DNA of 64,000 bases from Thermoplasmata archaeon UBA61. GTDB taxonomy: Archaea > Thermoplasmatota > Thermoplasmata > Lutacidiplasmatales > UBA184. Made by a program: the position numbers and the translations under genes. Positions 46,846 to 55,563 of this stretch are shown piece by piece. Numbering within the stretch: position 1 is the first letter of the stretch; each line of letters starts with the position of its first letter. The stretch is taken from the NCBI GenBank assembly GCA_002503985.1, contig DASW01000009.1, forward strand, positions 68,995-132,994. Direction: 5' to 3'. The notes beneath the pieces were generated by a model. That model saw nothing but the letters and a program-made list of their open reading frames with translations. It was not told where the DNA came from and did not search any database.

Positions 46846-46867
46846 CAGTTCCGCTCTACGCAAACGT
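45281..46867 (+). mobile_element. IS6-like insertion sequence; ends tentative
   Basis: It contains the transposase gene. The candidate imperfect terminal inverted repeats are ACGTTT-C-AGAGCGGA (45281-45295) and the reverse complement of TCCGCTCT-ACGC-AAACGT (46850-46867). I could not identify target-site duplications. Confidence 0.45.
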
Positions 46868-46940
46868 TTATGTACGATTCTCCAAACTGCTTGTCCAGAG
46901 CGTATGACGCTCGTCCGACAAACGTAGCGGAGATAGAACG

Positions 46941-48074
46941 ATGAAGTCCATTATCCAGGAAGCGATCGCGAAACACCAGGAAAACCAGGCCCTGGTCGAA
47001 GAGAAGAAGCCGACCGCGCCCGCCTATGCCAGCCAGGACGACGCTGAGCTGACGAAGCTGGCGGAGACCCTCAAGGTCAACATCCGGATCGTCGGATGCG
47101 GTGGTGGCGGCTCGAACACGATCAACCGCTGCGTCGAGGAAGGCATCCAGGGCGCCGAGATGTGCGCCATCAACACGGATGCGAAACACCTGCTCAGCAT
47201 CCACTCGGGACGCAAGATCCTCATCGGCCGCCGGACCACGAAGGGCCTCGGTGCCGGCGCTCGACCCGAGATCGGGGAAGAGGCGGCGCGCGAGAACGAG
47301 GAAGAGCTGCGCGCGTTCGTGACCGGCGCGCACATCGTCTTCATCACCGCGGGCATGGGCGGCGGGACCGGGACCGGTTCCGCGCACCTGGTCGCTCGGC
47401 TCGCGAAAGAAGCGGGCGCGCTCACGATGGGCGTCATCACCCTCCCGTTCGCCGGCGAGGGAGCCGCGCGCATGGAGCAGGCCCGCGACGGGCTGGAGCG
47501 CCTGCGCCGCGTCTGCGACACCACCATCGTCATCCAGAACGACAAGCTCCTCGAGCTCGTCCCTCGGATGCCCCTCGACTCCGCGTTCAAGCTCGCGGAT
47601 GCGGTCCTGATGACCGCAATCAAGGGCATCACCGAGATCGTGACGAAGCCCGGCCTCGTGAACCTCGACTACGCCGACATCCTGACGGTCATGAAGGACG
47701 GCGGCGTCGCGCTCATCGGGCTCGGCGAGAGCGAGAGCGCGACCGACCGGGTCACCGAAGCGGTCACCGAGGCGCTCACCTCTCCCCTGCTCGGCTCGGT
47801 GGAGCTCAAGGACGCGACCGGCGCCCTCGTGCGCGTGATCGGCGGTCCGACCATGACGGTCAGCGAGGCCGAGAAGGCCGCGGCGCTGGTCGGCGGGAAG
47901 ATCTCGAAGCGCGCTCGGATCATCTGGGGCTGCTCGGTCGAGAACTCCCCCGAGATGGAGAACACCATCAAGGTGCTCCTCATCATCACGGGCGTCCGCG
48001 CGCAGAGCCTCCTCGGTCAGAAGGGAGGCTACGCGGCCGGTGAGGCCGAGGAAGTCATCGACCTCGTCCGGTAA
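46941..48074 (+). CDS. ftsZ: cell division GTPase FtsZ
   Basis: 377 aa: IRIVGCGGGGSNTINR, NTDAKHL, GLGAGARPEIG, FITAGMGGGTGTGSA, VITLPFAGEG. Confidence 0.95.
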   Translation: MKSIIQEAIAKHQENQALVEEKKPTAPAYASQDDAELTKLAETLKVNIRIVGCGGGGSNTINRCVEEGIQGAEMCAINTDAKHLLSIHSGRKILIGRRTTKGLGAGARPEIGEEAARENEEELRAFVTGAHIVFITAGMGGGTGTGSAHLVARLAKEAGALTMGVITLPFAGEGAARMEQARDGLERLRRVCDTTIVIQNDKLLELVPRMPLDSAFKLADAVLMTAIKGITEIVTKPGLVNLDYADILTVMKDGGVALIGLGESESATDRVTEAVTEALTSPLLGSVELKDATGALVRVIGGPTMTVSEAEKAAALVGGKISKRARIIWGCSVENSPEMENTIKVLLIITGVRAQSLLGQKGGYAAGEAEEVIDLVR

Positions 48075-48399
48075 GCCCCCCGGGCTCCGGCCCCGCTACC
48101 TCGGACTCGAGGTGGCGGGGGAACACTTTCCGTCCCTCTCCCCCCGAGCGTGGGAGAGCCTGCTCGCGGAGCGCCTCGCTTCGGCCGGCGTCCCCGTACG
48201 ACGGTTCCGTCTCATCCGGGCAGAAGGTCGACGCGCGATCGTCGAGGTCGACCACCTCGCCGCCCCCCGGGCGCGGGCGGCCTGGAGCGCGGGACCCGCC
48301 GGACCGAACGAGGTCGGGCTCGTGCCGCGACGGACGTGGGGCACCCTCGTGGGAGCCAAGGCGTGGCTCCGCGAGCGACGACCCCAGAGCCCGCGGTAG
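48040..48399 (+). CDS. rnp2: RNase P protein component 2 (Pop5/Rpp14 homologue)
   Basis: 119 aa, GTG start overlapping the ftsZ end by 35 nt. LRPRYLGLEV... near the N-terminus and ...RRTWGTLVGAK near the C-terminus match the Pop5 pattern (R.RYi.fEi ... sGTi..a). Confidence 0.6.
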   Translation: MRPRKSSTSSGKPPGLRPRYLGLEVAGEHFPSLSPRAWESLLAERLASAGVPVRRFRLIRAEGRRAIVEVDHLAAPRARAAWSAGPAGPNEVGLVPRRTWGTLVGAKAWLRERRPQSPR

Positions 48400-48455
48400 G
48401 GTCGGCCCGTTCGACCGAACCACCCACCCGCCTCCGGGTCCGGTCGACCCGGTGG

Positions 48456-49454
48456 TCACGACATGGCGAAGGAATAGACCCCGACGAGGAAGTCGAGCGT
48501 CGTGATCGCCGAAATCGGCACTTTGAGCGTGACCGTGCCGAGCGGGCCGCCGGTAACGTAGTTCGCGGTGCAGGGGCTGCTGGCCCCCGTGGGCGTGCAC
48601 GTCACGTCCGGCGCGAGCGCCGTCAGGGAGTGGTAGTAGGCGTACCAGGCCGCCGCGTACGCGCTTTGAATCGTGGCCGTGACGAACGTGCCGCTGGGGA
48701 ACGAGAACCCGTTCCCCGGGACGACGACCGGGGCTGCCGAGAGGAGGCGTAGGTTCAGGTCCGCGGTGCCGACGCCCGATTCCGTGTTGACCGTGTTGTT
48801 GGAGAAGCGAGGCAGGAAGATGGAGAGTATCCCGTTCGTGAACGTGATCGGGGGCGTCGAGACGAAGATCGGGATCCCTCCCGACTGCGCATAGACCACC
48901 GCGCCTTGCTCGTAGGCGACCTCACCGCTCGTGGCGTACGTGTTCCGGAGGTGCACCACGAAACCGGCCCCCGCGCAGAACGACGTGCCGCACGACGTGC
49001 TTCGGGTCGAGTACGAAACGCCGAACGAGGACGCCGAAGGACCCGTGAGGGTGAAGCTGACGGTATAGAGAGACCGGTTGGCGAGCGGGGTAATCGTGGA
49101 CGGGTCCTGACCGGCGAACGGTGGCGCTCCCGCCGAACCGAGGCTGATCGGTCCCGAGATCTGTGCTCCAATCGCTCCCTGCTGAGCGGCGATCAGCATA
49201 ACCCCGCCCAGTTGGGCGACCTGGTCCTGGACCTGTGCCTCGTGCGTCAGGTCGTTCTGCCCCATCGTGTTCGGCAACGTCGTCGTGAGGTAGTTCGCGA
49301 TGAACGTGACGACGAGGAGGAGTCCGAGGATCACGGCCACCGCCGACACCTGGGCCCGGCGCGACCGAAGACGCCACGCCCTTCGACCGGTTCGAGCGTT
49401 CCGTCGGGGCGGTCGAACGACGTGCGGCCGCGCCCGTCGATGATCGTGCAACAT
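48456..49454 (-). CDS. archaeal type IV pilin-like surface protein (class III signal peptide)
   Basis: Frame of ORF 48456..49568, ATG at 49454. A basic leader is followed by RRAQVSAVAVILGLLLVVTFIANYL, a pilin_N-like hydrophobic segment. The rest is a Ser/Thr/Gly/Ala-rich beta-type domain. Confidence 0.5.
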   Translation of the reverse strand: MLHDHRRARPHVVRPPRRNARTGRRAWRLRSRRAQVSAVAVILGLLLVVTFIANYLTTTLPNTMGQNDLTHEAQVQDQVAQLGGVMLIAAQQGAIGAQISGPISLGSAGAPPFAGQDPSTITPLANRSLYTVSFTLTGPSASSFGVSYSTRSTSCGTSFCAGAGFVVHLRNTYATSGEVAYEQGAVVYAQSGGIPIFVSTPPITFTNGILSIFLPRFSNNTVNTESGVGTADLNLRLLSAAPVVVPGNGFSFPSGTFVTATIQSAYAAAWYAYYHSLTALAPDVTCTPTGASSPCTANYVTGGPLGTVTLKVPISAITTLDFLVGVYSFAMS

Positions 49455-49624
49455 TGGAATCGTGGACCCCCGTCCTCGCCTGGGTAACGATGATTTTAGC
49501 CGGGAGAGGCGTATTAATACTTGCGATGGGCCGGTCTTCGTCCACCGAGGGGTGGGACCCGTAGCCAAGGCCCGCCTCCGAGAATCTTATCTCTTAGCCT
49601 CCCTCCCCGTTCCGGGTACGGCGG

Positions 49625-51193
49625 GTGGCGGCTGAACCGACGTCTCGGACTCGCGTCGAGCGCGCTCTTCTCTCCGTCGATGACAAGTCAGGCCTCAGCG
49701 CGTTCGCGCGCGGGCTCGCCGACCTCGGGGTCGAGCTGTGGGCGACCGGCGGGACCCGCCGGACGCTCGCCGAGGACCACATCCCCGTGCGTCCGGCCGA
49801 GGAGCTCACCGGCATCGCGGCGTGGTTCGGGGGACGGGTCAAGACCCTGCATCCGGGCCTCCTGGGGGGGATCCTCGCCCCTCGGACCGAGGCCGGCCGA
49901 AAGGAGCTCGCCGAGCGGGGCCTCCTCCCGTTTGACCTCGTGACGGTCAACTTCTACCCGTTCGAACGGCACCTGGCCGACCACCCGGGCGCCGATGACC
50001 TCGAGGAGTTCGTCGACATTGGGGGGGTGACGCTCGCGCGGGCCGCCGCAAAGAACCATGCCTGGGTGACGGTCGTCTCCGACCCATCGGAATACGACGC
50101 GCTGCTCGCGGAACTGCGGGCCCACGAGGGGACGGTCGGTGCCGAGACACGACGACAGCTGGCCGTGCGGGCCTTCGAGCGATGCACGAGCTACGACGCC
50201 GCGATCGCCCGAGGCCTCGGGACCACGGCCTTGCCGCCGGACCTCTTCCCCGATGAGGTGGTCTTCCGCCGCATCCCCGTCCGCCTTCGGTACGGCGAGA
50301 ACCCGCACCAGAAGGCCGCGACCTACGGCATCGTCTCCCCGCCGGGCGCCGGCCTCGCCCCGAGGCCGTTCACCGTCCTCAAGGGAGAAGGGCTCTCGTT
50401 CACCAACCTCCTCGATGTCGACACCGCCCTATCGACCGTCGCCGAGTTTGCCGCCCCGAGCGCGGCCGTCGTGAAGCACGCCACCCCCTGCGGGGTCGCC
50501 TCCGGGGCGACTCTCGCGGAAGCGCTCGAGAAGGCGGTCGCGACCGACCCGGTCGCTCGCTACGGGTGCGCGGTCGCCGTCAACCGACCGTTCGGGCCGG
50601 ACGACCCGGCCCGGCTCAAAGGGGTGTTCGTCGACCTGCTGGCCGCCCCCGACTTCCACCCGACGGCGCTTGAAGCGCTCGGGCGCCGAGCGAAGGTCAA
50701 ACTGGTCCGGACCAATCCTCCGACCCTCGACCCCGGTCGTTGGGAGGCGAAGAGCTCCCTCGGTCGCCTCCTGCTCCAAGAGGTGGACGTCCGGCAGCTG
50801 CTCCCCACCGACCTAAAGCACGTCACCGGGCCCGAGGCGACCGCCGAACAGCTGCGGACGTTCGATTTCGCCTGGCGCGTCGTCCGCCACGCCAAGTCGA
50901 ACGCGATCGTCCTCGCGCAGGGGTCGTCGACCGTGGGTATCGGCTCGGGCCAACCGACACGCGTCAAGGCAGCCGAGCTCGCGTGCGAGGTCGCCGGCGA
51001 CCGGGCGAAGGGCTCGGTCCTCGCTTCGGACGCGTTCTTCCCGTTCTCGGACGGTGTCGAGGTCGCGGGACGCGCCGGCGTCGCCGCCATCCTTCAGCCG
51101 GGCGGGAGCCTTCGGGACCCGGAGGTCGTGGCGACCGCGGAGCGGTACGGGATCTCGATGTACTTCACGGGCTGGCGCGTGTTCCGCCACTAA
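49625..51193 (+). CDS. purH: bifunctional AICAR transformylase / IMP cyclohydrolase
   Basis: 522 aa: RALLSVDDKSGL..FARGL..LGVELWATGGT, GGRVKTLHPGLLGGILA, VTVNFYPF, LRYGENPHQKA, and the C-terminal PGGSLRD...MYFTGWRVFRH. Confidence 0.9.
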   Translation: MAAEPTSRTRVERALLSVDDKSGLSAFARGLADLGVELWATGGTRRTLAEDHIPVRPAEELTGIAAWFGGRVKTLHPGLLGGILAPRTEAGRKELAERGLLPFDLVTVNFYPFERHLADHPGADDLEEFVDIGGVTLARAAAKNHAWVTVVSDPSEYDALLAELRAHEGTVGAETRRQLAVRAFERCTSYDAAIARGLGTTALPPDLFPDEVVFRRIPVRLRYGENPHQKAATYGIVSPPGAGLAPRPFTVLKGEGLSFTNLLDVDTALSTVAEFAAPSAAVVKHATPCGVASGATLAEALEKAVATDPVARYGCAVAVNRPFGPDDPARLKGVFVDLLAAPDFHPTALEALGRRAKVKLVRTNPPTLDPGRWEAKSSLGRLLLQEVDVRQLLPTDLKHVTGPEATAEQLRTFDFAWRVVRHAKSNAIVLAQGSSTVGIGSGQPTRVKAAELACEVAGDRAKGSVLASDAFFPFSDGVEVAGRAGVAAILQPGGSLRDPEVVATAERYGISMYFTGWRVFRH

Positions 51194-51536
51194 GGCGCGC
51201 CTTCGAGAAGTACCTGCGAACGCTCTGGCGGAACGCGACGAGGTCCACCGAACCGACCTCCCGGCCCTTCTCCTGTCCGGACTCCACGAAGACGTACGTC
51301 GGGATCATGTGGATCCCGTACGAGCGAGTGACGAGCGCCGCCTCGTCGACGTTCACCTTCGCGATCTTGACGCGGCCGGCGAGCTGCGCGCTCAGGTCCC
51401 GGAGCAGCGGCTCCGCGACCCGGCACGGGGCGCACCAATCCGCGTAGAAGTCGACGACGACGGGAAGCGGCGAACGAATGACCTCGCGCTCGAACGTCGC
51501 GTCCGTGACCCGTACCGGTTCCGACCGCTCGCTCAC
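51165..51536 (-). CDS. trxA: thioredoxin
   Basis: 123 aa: VTDATFEREV...PVVVDFYADWCAPCRVAEPLL...AKVNVDE...YGIHMIPT. Confidence 0.85.
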   Translation of the reverse strand: MSERSEPVRVTDATFEREVIRSPLPVVVDFYADWCAPCRVAEPLLRDLSAQLAGRVKIAKVNVDEAALVTRSYGIHMIPTYVFVESGQEKGREVGSVDLVAFRQSVRRYFSKARLSGGTRASP

Positions 51537-51596
51537 GATGGGCCTTCGAACGACCGGCGCGCTTTAAGTCTCCGCTCCGTCCGGCGTGCGAGGGCC

Positions 51597-52826
51597 GTGC
51601 GTTCCGCTCCGACGACCGCGGCTTTGCTCCCGCCCTCCCTCGCGACCGCCCTTCTCGAGTGGTACCGTGTCCACCGTCGAGCACTTCCGTGGCGCCGCGA
51701 CCGGGACCCGTATCGGGTCTGGGTCGCGGAGGTCCTGCTCCAGCAGACGCGCGTCGCGCAAGCCGCCCCGTACTTCGAGCGGTTCGTCCGCGCGTTCCCC
51801 ACGGTCGACGCGCTCGCGCGCGCGCCCCTCGGTCGGGTCCTGAAGGTCTGGCAGGGCGCCGGCTACTATGCCCGGGCGCACCACCTGCACGCGGCCGCCC
51901 GCCGGATCGTGAGAGAGCCGGGAGGCCGGTTCCCCTCGACCGTTCCCGAGCTCGAGGCCCTTCCGGGCGTCGGCCCCTACACCGCCCGGGCCGTGGCCGC
52001 GATCGCGTTCGGTCGCCCCGTGGTTGCCCTCGAAGCGAACGGCCGGCGGGTCGCGGCCCGTTGGACCCGCGAGGAAGGCGACGTGCGGGACCCGCTCGTG
52101 CGTGCTCGGCTCGAGGAGGCCCTCGCCTCGGTCCTGCCCCCGACGAAGGCCGGCGCGTTCAACGAAGCGGTCATGGAGCTCGGGGAAACGGTCTGCCGAC
52201 CGACCCGGCCGGACTGCCCGTCCTGCCCGGCCGCGTTCGCGTGCCGTGCTCATCGCGAGCTCGCCGACCCGGGGACGCTACCCAGGCGCCCCGACCGGGG
52301 CCGTCGACCGCATCACCGGGCCGCGGTCGTCGTGCTCACCGACCGAGGCCGGTGGCTCGTCCAGCGCCGACCGCCGTCCGGCCTCCTACCGGGTCTCTGG
52401 GAGTTTCCGGGCAGCCACATCGAACCGGGCGAACGGCCGGAGGCCGCCGCTCGACGGGAGCTTCGGGAGGAGACGGGCCTGTTCGTCCGCCATCTCGTCC
52501 CGCTGGGGACCGTCCGGCACGCCTACAGCCACTTCACGGTCGAGCTGCACGCCTTCGCCGGCCACCCCCGGGGGGGCTCCGGAGCGGGAACGGGGACCGA
52601 CCGGCGTTGGGTGACCCCGTCCGAACTCGGCCGCCTTCCCATCCCAAAGGCGACCGAGAAGGTCGTCGCGTTGGCCGAGCAAGGGTCGGATAGAGCTTCC
52701 CGGGGTTCAGGATCCCGTCCGGGTCGCACGCCCGCTTCACGGCCCACAGGAGCTCGACCGCGCTCACGCCGAGCTCTTCGGTCAGGAACGACCGCTTCAC
52801 CCGACCGACCCCGTGCTCCGCGCTGA
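51597..52826 (+). CDS. mutY: A/G-specific adenine DNA glycosylase (MutY-type, with NUDIX-like C-terminal domain)
   Basis: Frame of ORF 51054..52826, GTG 51597 (TTG 51621 is an alternative). LLEWYRVHRRALPWRRDRDPYRVWVAEVLLQQTRV, LPGVGPYTARAVAAIAFG, the Fe-S loop CRPTRPDCPSCPAAFAC (C-X6-C-X2-C-X5-C), then GLWEFPG...E...RELREETG. The last ~45 codons are an Arg/Pro/Ser tail antisense to the next gene. Confidence 0.8.
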   Translation: MRSAPTTAALLPPSLATALLEWYRVHRRALPWRRDRDPYRVWVAEVLLQQTRVAQAAPYFERFVRAFPTVDALARAPLGRVLKVWQGAGYYARAHHLHAAARRIVREPGGRFPSTVPELEALPGVGPYTARAVAAIAFGRPVVALEANGRRVAARWTREEGDVRDPLVRARLEEALASVLPPTKAGAFNEAVMELGETVCRPTRPDCPSCPAAFACRAHRELADPGTLPRRPDRGRRPHHRAAVVVLTDRGRWLVQRRPPSGLLPGLWEFPGSHIEPGERPEAAARRELREETGLFVRHLVPLGTVRHAYSHFTVELHAFAGHPRGGSGAGTGTDRRWVTPSELGRLPIPKATEKVVALAEQGSDRASRGSGSRPGRTPASRPTGARPRSRRALRSGTTASPDRPRAPR

Positions 52827-54060
52827 TCGTCCCGCCGAGGGAACGGGCGGCGTGCAGGGTGGCAGCTCGGATCCGATTCGCGGCCGACGTGGCCGGGTCG
52901 ACCGCGTAGTTCGGGTGGAGGCTTCCCTCCCCGAGGTGGGCGAACAGGAAGAACGGGACCCTCTCCTTCCGGGCGATCCGCTCCAGCTCGGCGACGAGGG
53001 CGTCCACCCGGGCCAAGGGGACCGCCACGTCCTCCCGGACGTGCTGGCCGTAGCGTTCGATGAGGACGTCGCCGCACGCCCCGCGGAGCGTCCACAGCTC
53101 GTCCGCGTCCTCGAAGACCGCGAACCCGTCAGCCGCTCCCATCTTCGCGAGCGCCCCGCGCAGCCGGGAGATCCTCCGCTCGGCCTCGTCGGGACCCCCC
53201 GCCTCCACTTCGAGCAGCAGCAGCGAAGAGTCTCGGGGCCACCGGGCCTTCCGCCCTTCCGCGAGGGCGGCCGCAGAACCCCGGTCGAGGTACTCCACGG
53301 CGGAAAGCCCGCTATCGGGGACCCGGGTGAGGCCGACGACCAGGGGACCGAGGGAGGCGTTCCGCGGGACCGGGACGATTACGCCGTGCCGCACGGCCGG
53401 CACGGGCGCCAGGCGGACCGTAACCTCGGTCGCGATCCCGAGGGTGCCCTCGCTGCCGACGAACAGCTGGAGGAGGTCCGGTCCGACCGAGCGCTTGGCG
53501 ACCCGGGAGCCGAGATGGACCCGAGACCCCGTACCGAGTACCGCTTCGACCTCTCGTACCCAGGCCCGCGTCGGGCCGTATCGGAACGACCGCATGCCCG
53601 AGGCGTTCGTCCCGACGTTCCCGCCCACCGTCGAAGCCGTCCACGACCCAGGGTTGGGGGGAAAGAACAGTCGGTGAGGAAGGAGCGCCCGCTGGAGGTC
53701 CCGGTTCACGATCCCCGGTTCGACCCGGGCCCAAAGACCGTCGGGGTCCACCTCGAGCAGGTGGGACCATCCGGAGAAGTCGACGACGACGCTCCCGTCG
53801 GCGGGGACCGATTCCCCATCGAGCGAGGTACCCCCGCCCCGGGCCACGAGCGGGACGTGGGTGCGGCGCGCCCATCGGACCAGTTCCACCACGTCGTCCG
53901 GGTCGGTCGGCGCCACGACAGCGACCGGGCGACCGGTAACGTGGGACGCATCGTGCCCGAACGGGGCGATGGCGACCGCGTCGGTCGTGATTCGACCCCG
54001 TATCGTCCTCTCGAGCGACCGGGTCGTGTCCGGAGGTACCGCCGGACGAGGCCGCGACAC
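52534..54060 (-). CDS. FAD-binding oxidoreductase (GlcD / D-lactate dehydrogenase family)
   Basis: 508 aa: VVAPTDPDDVVELVRWARRTHVPLVARGGGTSLDGESV...AEHGVGRVKRSF...DPDGILNPGKL. About 50 low-complexity residues follow the usual family C-terminus. Confidence 0.8.
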   Translation of the reverse strand: MSRPRPAVPPDTTRSLERTIRGRITTDAVAIAPFGHDASHVTGRPVAVVAPTDPDDVVELVRWARRTHVPLVARGGGTSLDGESVPADGSVVVDFSGWSHLLEVDPDGLWARVEPGIVNRDLQRALLPHRLFFPPNPGSWTASTVGGNVGTNASGMRSFRYGPTRAWVREVEAVLGTGSRVHLGSRVAKRSVGPDLLQLFVGSEGTLGIATEVTVRLAPVPAVRHGVIVPVPRNASLGPLVVGLTRVPDSGLSAVEYLDRGSAAALAEGRKARWPRDSSLLLLEVEAGGPDEAERRISRLRGALAKMGAADGFAVFEDADELWTLRGACGDVLIERYGQHVREDVAVPLARVDALVAELERIARKERVPFFLFAHLGEGSLHPNYAVDPATSAANRIRAATLHAARSLGGTISAEHGVGRVKRSFLTEELGVSAVELLWAVKRACDPDGILNPGKLYPTLARPTRRPSRSPLGWEGGRVRTGSPNAGRSPFPLRSPPGGGRRRRAARP

Positions 54061-54083
54061 GGCTCACCCCCGCGAACTCGCGG

Positions 54084-54575
54084 TTAGGCCGACGGGGATG
54101 GGGTCCCGATGCTGTCCACGGCTTGGACGAAATCGTGGATGCCGAACGGGCGAACGAGGACCGCTTGCGCGCCCGCCTGCCGGGCGCGGGTCTCGAGCGC
54201 CGGGTCGGCGCGAGGGAGGATCACGAGCGCGTGCAGGTCCGAGCGATTTCGAAGGACGGCCGAGAGGTCATCGGCCCACCGTTCGCCATTGTCAGTCCCG
54301 GCGTCCAGGATTAGGATCTTGGTCTCGGAGGATGGAGGTAGGCGCTCGATCCCCTCCCGCGTGGGGGCCTCCAGGAGGACTCGGTGACGATGAAGGCGCA
54401 GAAGGCCCCGCAGGAGCAGCCGTGTGTCCTCGCTGCCCCCGAGAAGGACCGCGGGAGTGGTGTTGGGAGGGGATGTCGCTGGCGGGCCCGTGGGCCCCCT
54501 GGCGCCCTTGTCGGACTCGCTGTAGACGGCGTGAATGGTCGTCACCCCATGGGGGGTCCCGGAGTTTCCTAACAA
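54084..54575 (-). CDS. CheY-like receiver-domain protein
   Basis: The C-terminal ~120 aa read VLLGGSEDTRLLLRGLL...KILILDAGTDNGERW...ALVILPRADP...GAQAVLVRPFGIHDFVQAV, a receiver fold with a candidate phospho-acceptor Asp in ILILD. Confidence 0.55.
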   Translation of the reverse strand: MLGNSGTPHGVTTIHAVYSESDKGARGPTGPPATSPPNTTPAVLLGGSEDTRLLLRGLLRLHRHRVLLEAPTREGIERLPPSSETKILILDAGTDNGERWADDLSAVLRNRSDLHALVILPRADPALETRARQAGAQAVLVRPFGIHDFVQAVDSIGTPSPSA

Positions 54576-54838
54576 CCACTAGTCGCACTCCCTAAAAGAG
54601 CTACCCACCACTCCTCGGGTTGGGAGCGGCCATGTGGAAAACGGGCTCATCGCCCATCGTCCGGGCCCCCGGATAACTATATAGTCTCCTGCGGTTGTAC
54701 ATTCTTTGGCCTCGGGCATCGGCGGCAGCGTCTCTTGGTGGCACCGTCCAAGAGGCCAGGGGCCGCCCCGCCGGTGCCTCCCTTTTTCCGTGCGTGTGGA
54801 ACGATAGGTTCTTTGTACGGGACGGTGGAGGGCGTGCG

Positions 54839-55510
54839 ATGGTCGCCCTCTTCGGCCCTTCGCAGCAAGACCTCGAGCGTCTTCGATCTACCGTGCAGTC
54901 CCTCGGGACGACGAGCGTCCCCGGCCTCGCCGCCGCCCTATCGGTGCGCGAGCGCAAGGCCGAGAAGCTCTTGGCGCACGAGCTCGCTCGACCGAACAGC
55001 CCGATCGTCTACGAACCCAGCCGACGGGTGGTACGCTGGGCGATGCCGGCGCCGGTGAGCGAACCCGCCCTGGCCGCGCCCCCTCTGCCCGAGCCGCCGC
55101 GCGCCCCCCGGGCCCCTTCGCCCGTGTTCACCCCGGTCGGTCTCAAGACGCTCTGCCCTCACTGCCACGTCGCCCTTCAGTCGACCGGCACCGAGAGCCT
55201 CGCGGTCTGCCCGCAGTGCGGCCGGCTCTCTTCGACCCGGGAGGGGCGCGAGACCGCCGACCCGACCCCGACGACGACCCCGCCTCCCCTACCGGCCGGG
55301 AACGCCGGCTCGGCCGGGCTGGACGACCGCCGCTCGCAGGAGATGTTCGCCGCGTACGTCAGCGCAAAGCCGATCCCGTGCCCGAAGTGCCGGACCCCCT
55401 TGCGCCATCGCGCCCTGAGCGAGTACGTTTGCCCGAGCTGCGGTCAGAGCGTTCGCTTCCCGAAGGCCGTCGAGCCCCGGGCCCCGCCCGTTCCGGCCCC
55501 TCCGGCGTAA
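54839..55510 (+). CDS. hypothetical protein with two zinc ribbons
   Basis: Frame of ORF 54695..55510, ATG at 54839. It has an N-terminal helical (wHTH-like) part, a Pro-rich linker, and then CPHC..X15..CPQC and CPKC..X13..CPSC. Confidence 0.5.
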   Translation: MVALFGPSQQDLERLRSTVQSLGTTSVPGLAAALSVRERKAEKLLAHELARPNSPIVYEPSRRVVRWAMPAPVSEPALAAPPLPEPPRAPRAPSPVFTPVGLKTLCPHCHVALQSTGTESLAVCPQCGRLSSTREGRETADPTPTTTPPPLPAGNAGSAGLDDRRSQEMFAAYVSAKPIPCPKCRTPLRHRALSEYVCPSCGQSVRFPKAVEPRAPPVPAPPA

Positions 55511-55563
55511 CCGGGAGCGCGACCCCGGGGCGACCCGGAGCTGGGCGTCCGTTCGTTCTCGGA

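Noticed and set aside
49511-49520. Perfect 10-bp palindrome GTATTAATAC between the divergent pilin-like gene and purH, considered as a bidirectional TATA element or operator.
   Set aside because: It is plausible as an AT-rich promoter element, but it is a single short palindrome with no second copy and awkward distances to both start codons (about 58 and 105 nt). The evidence is not enough to call a feature.
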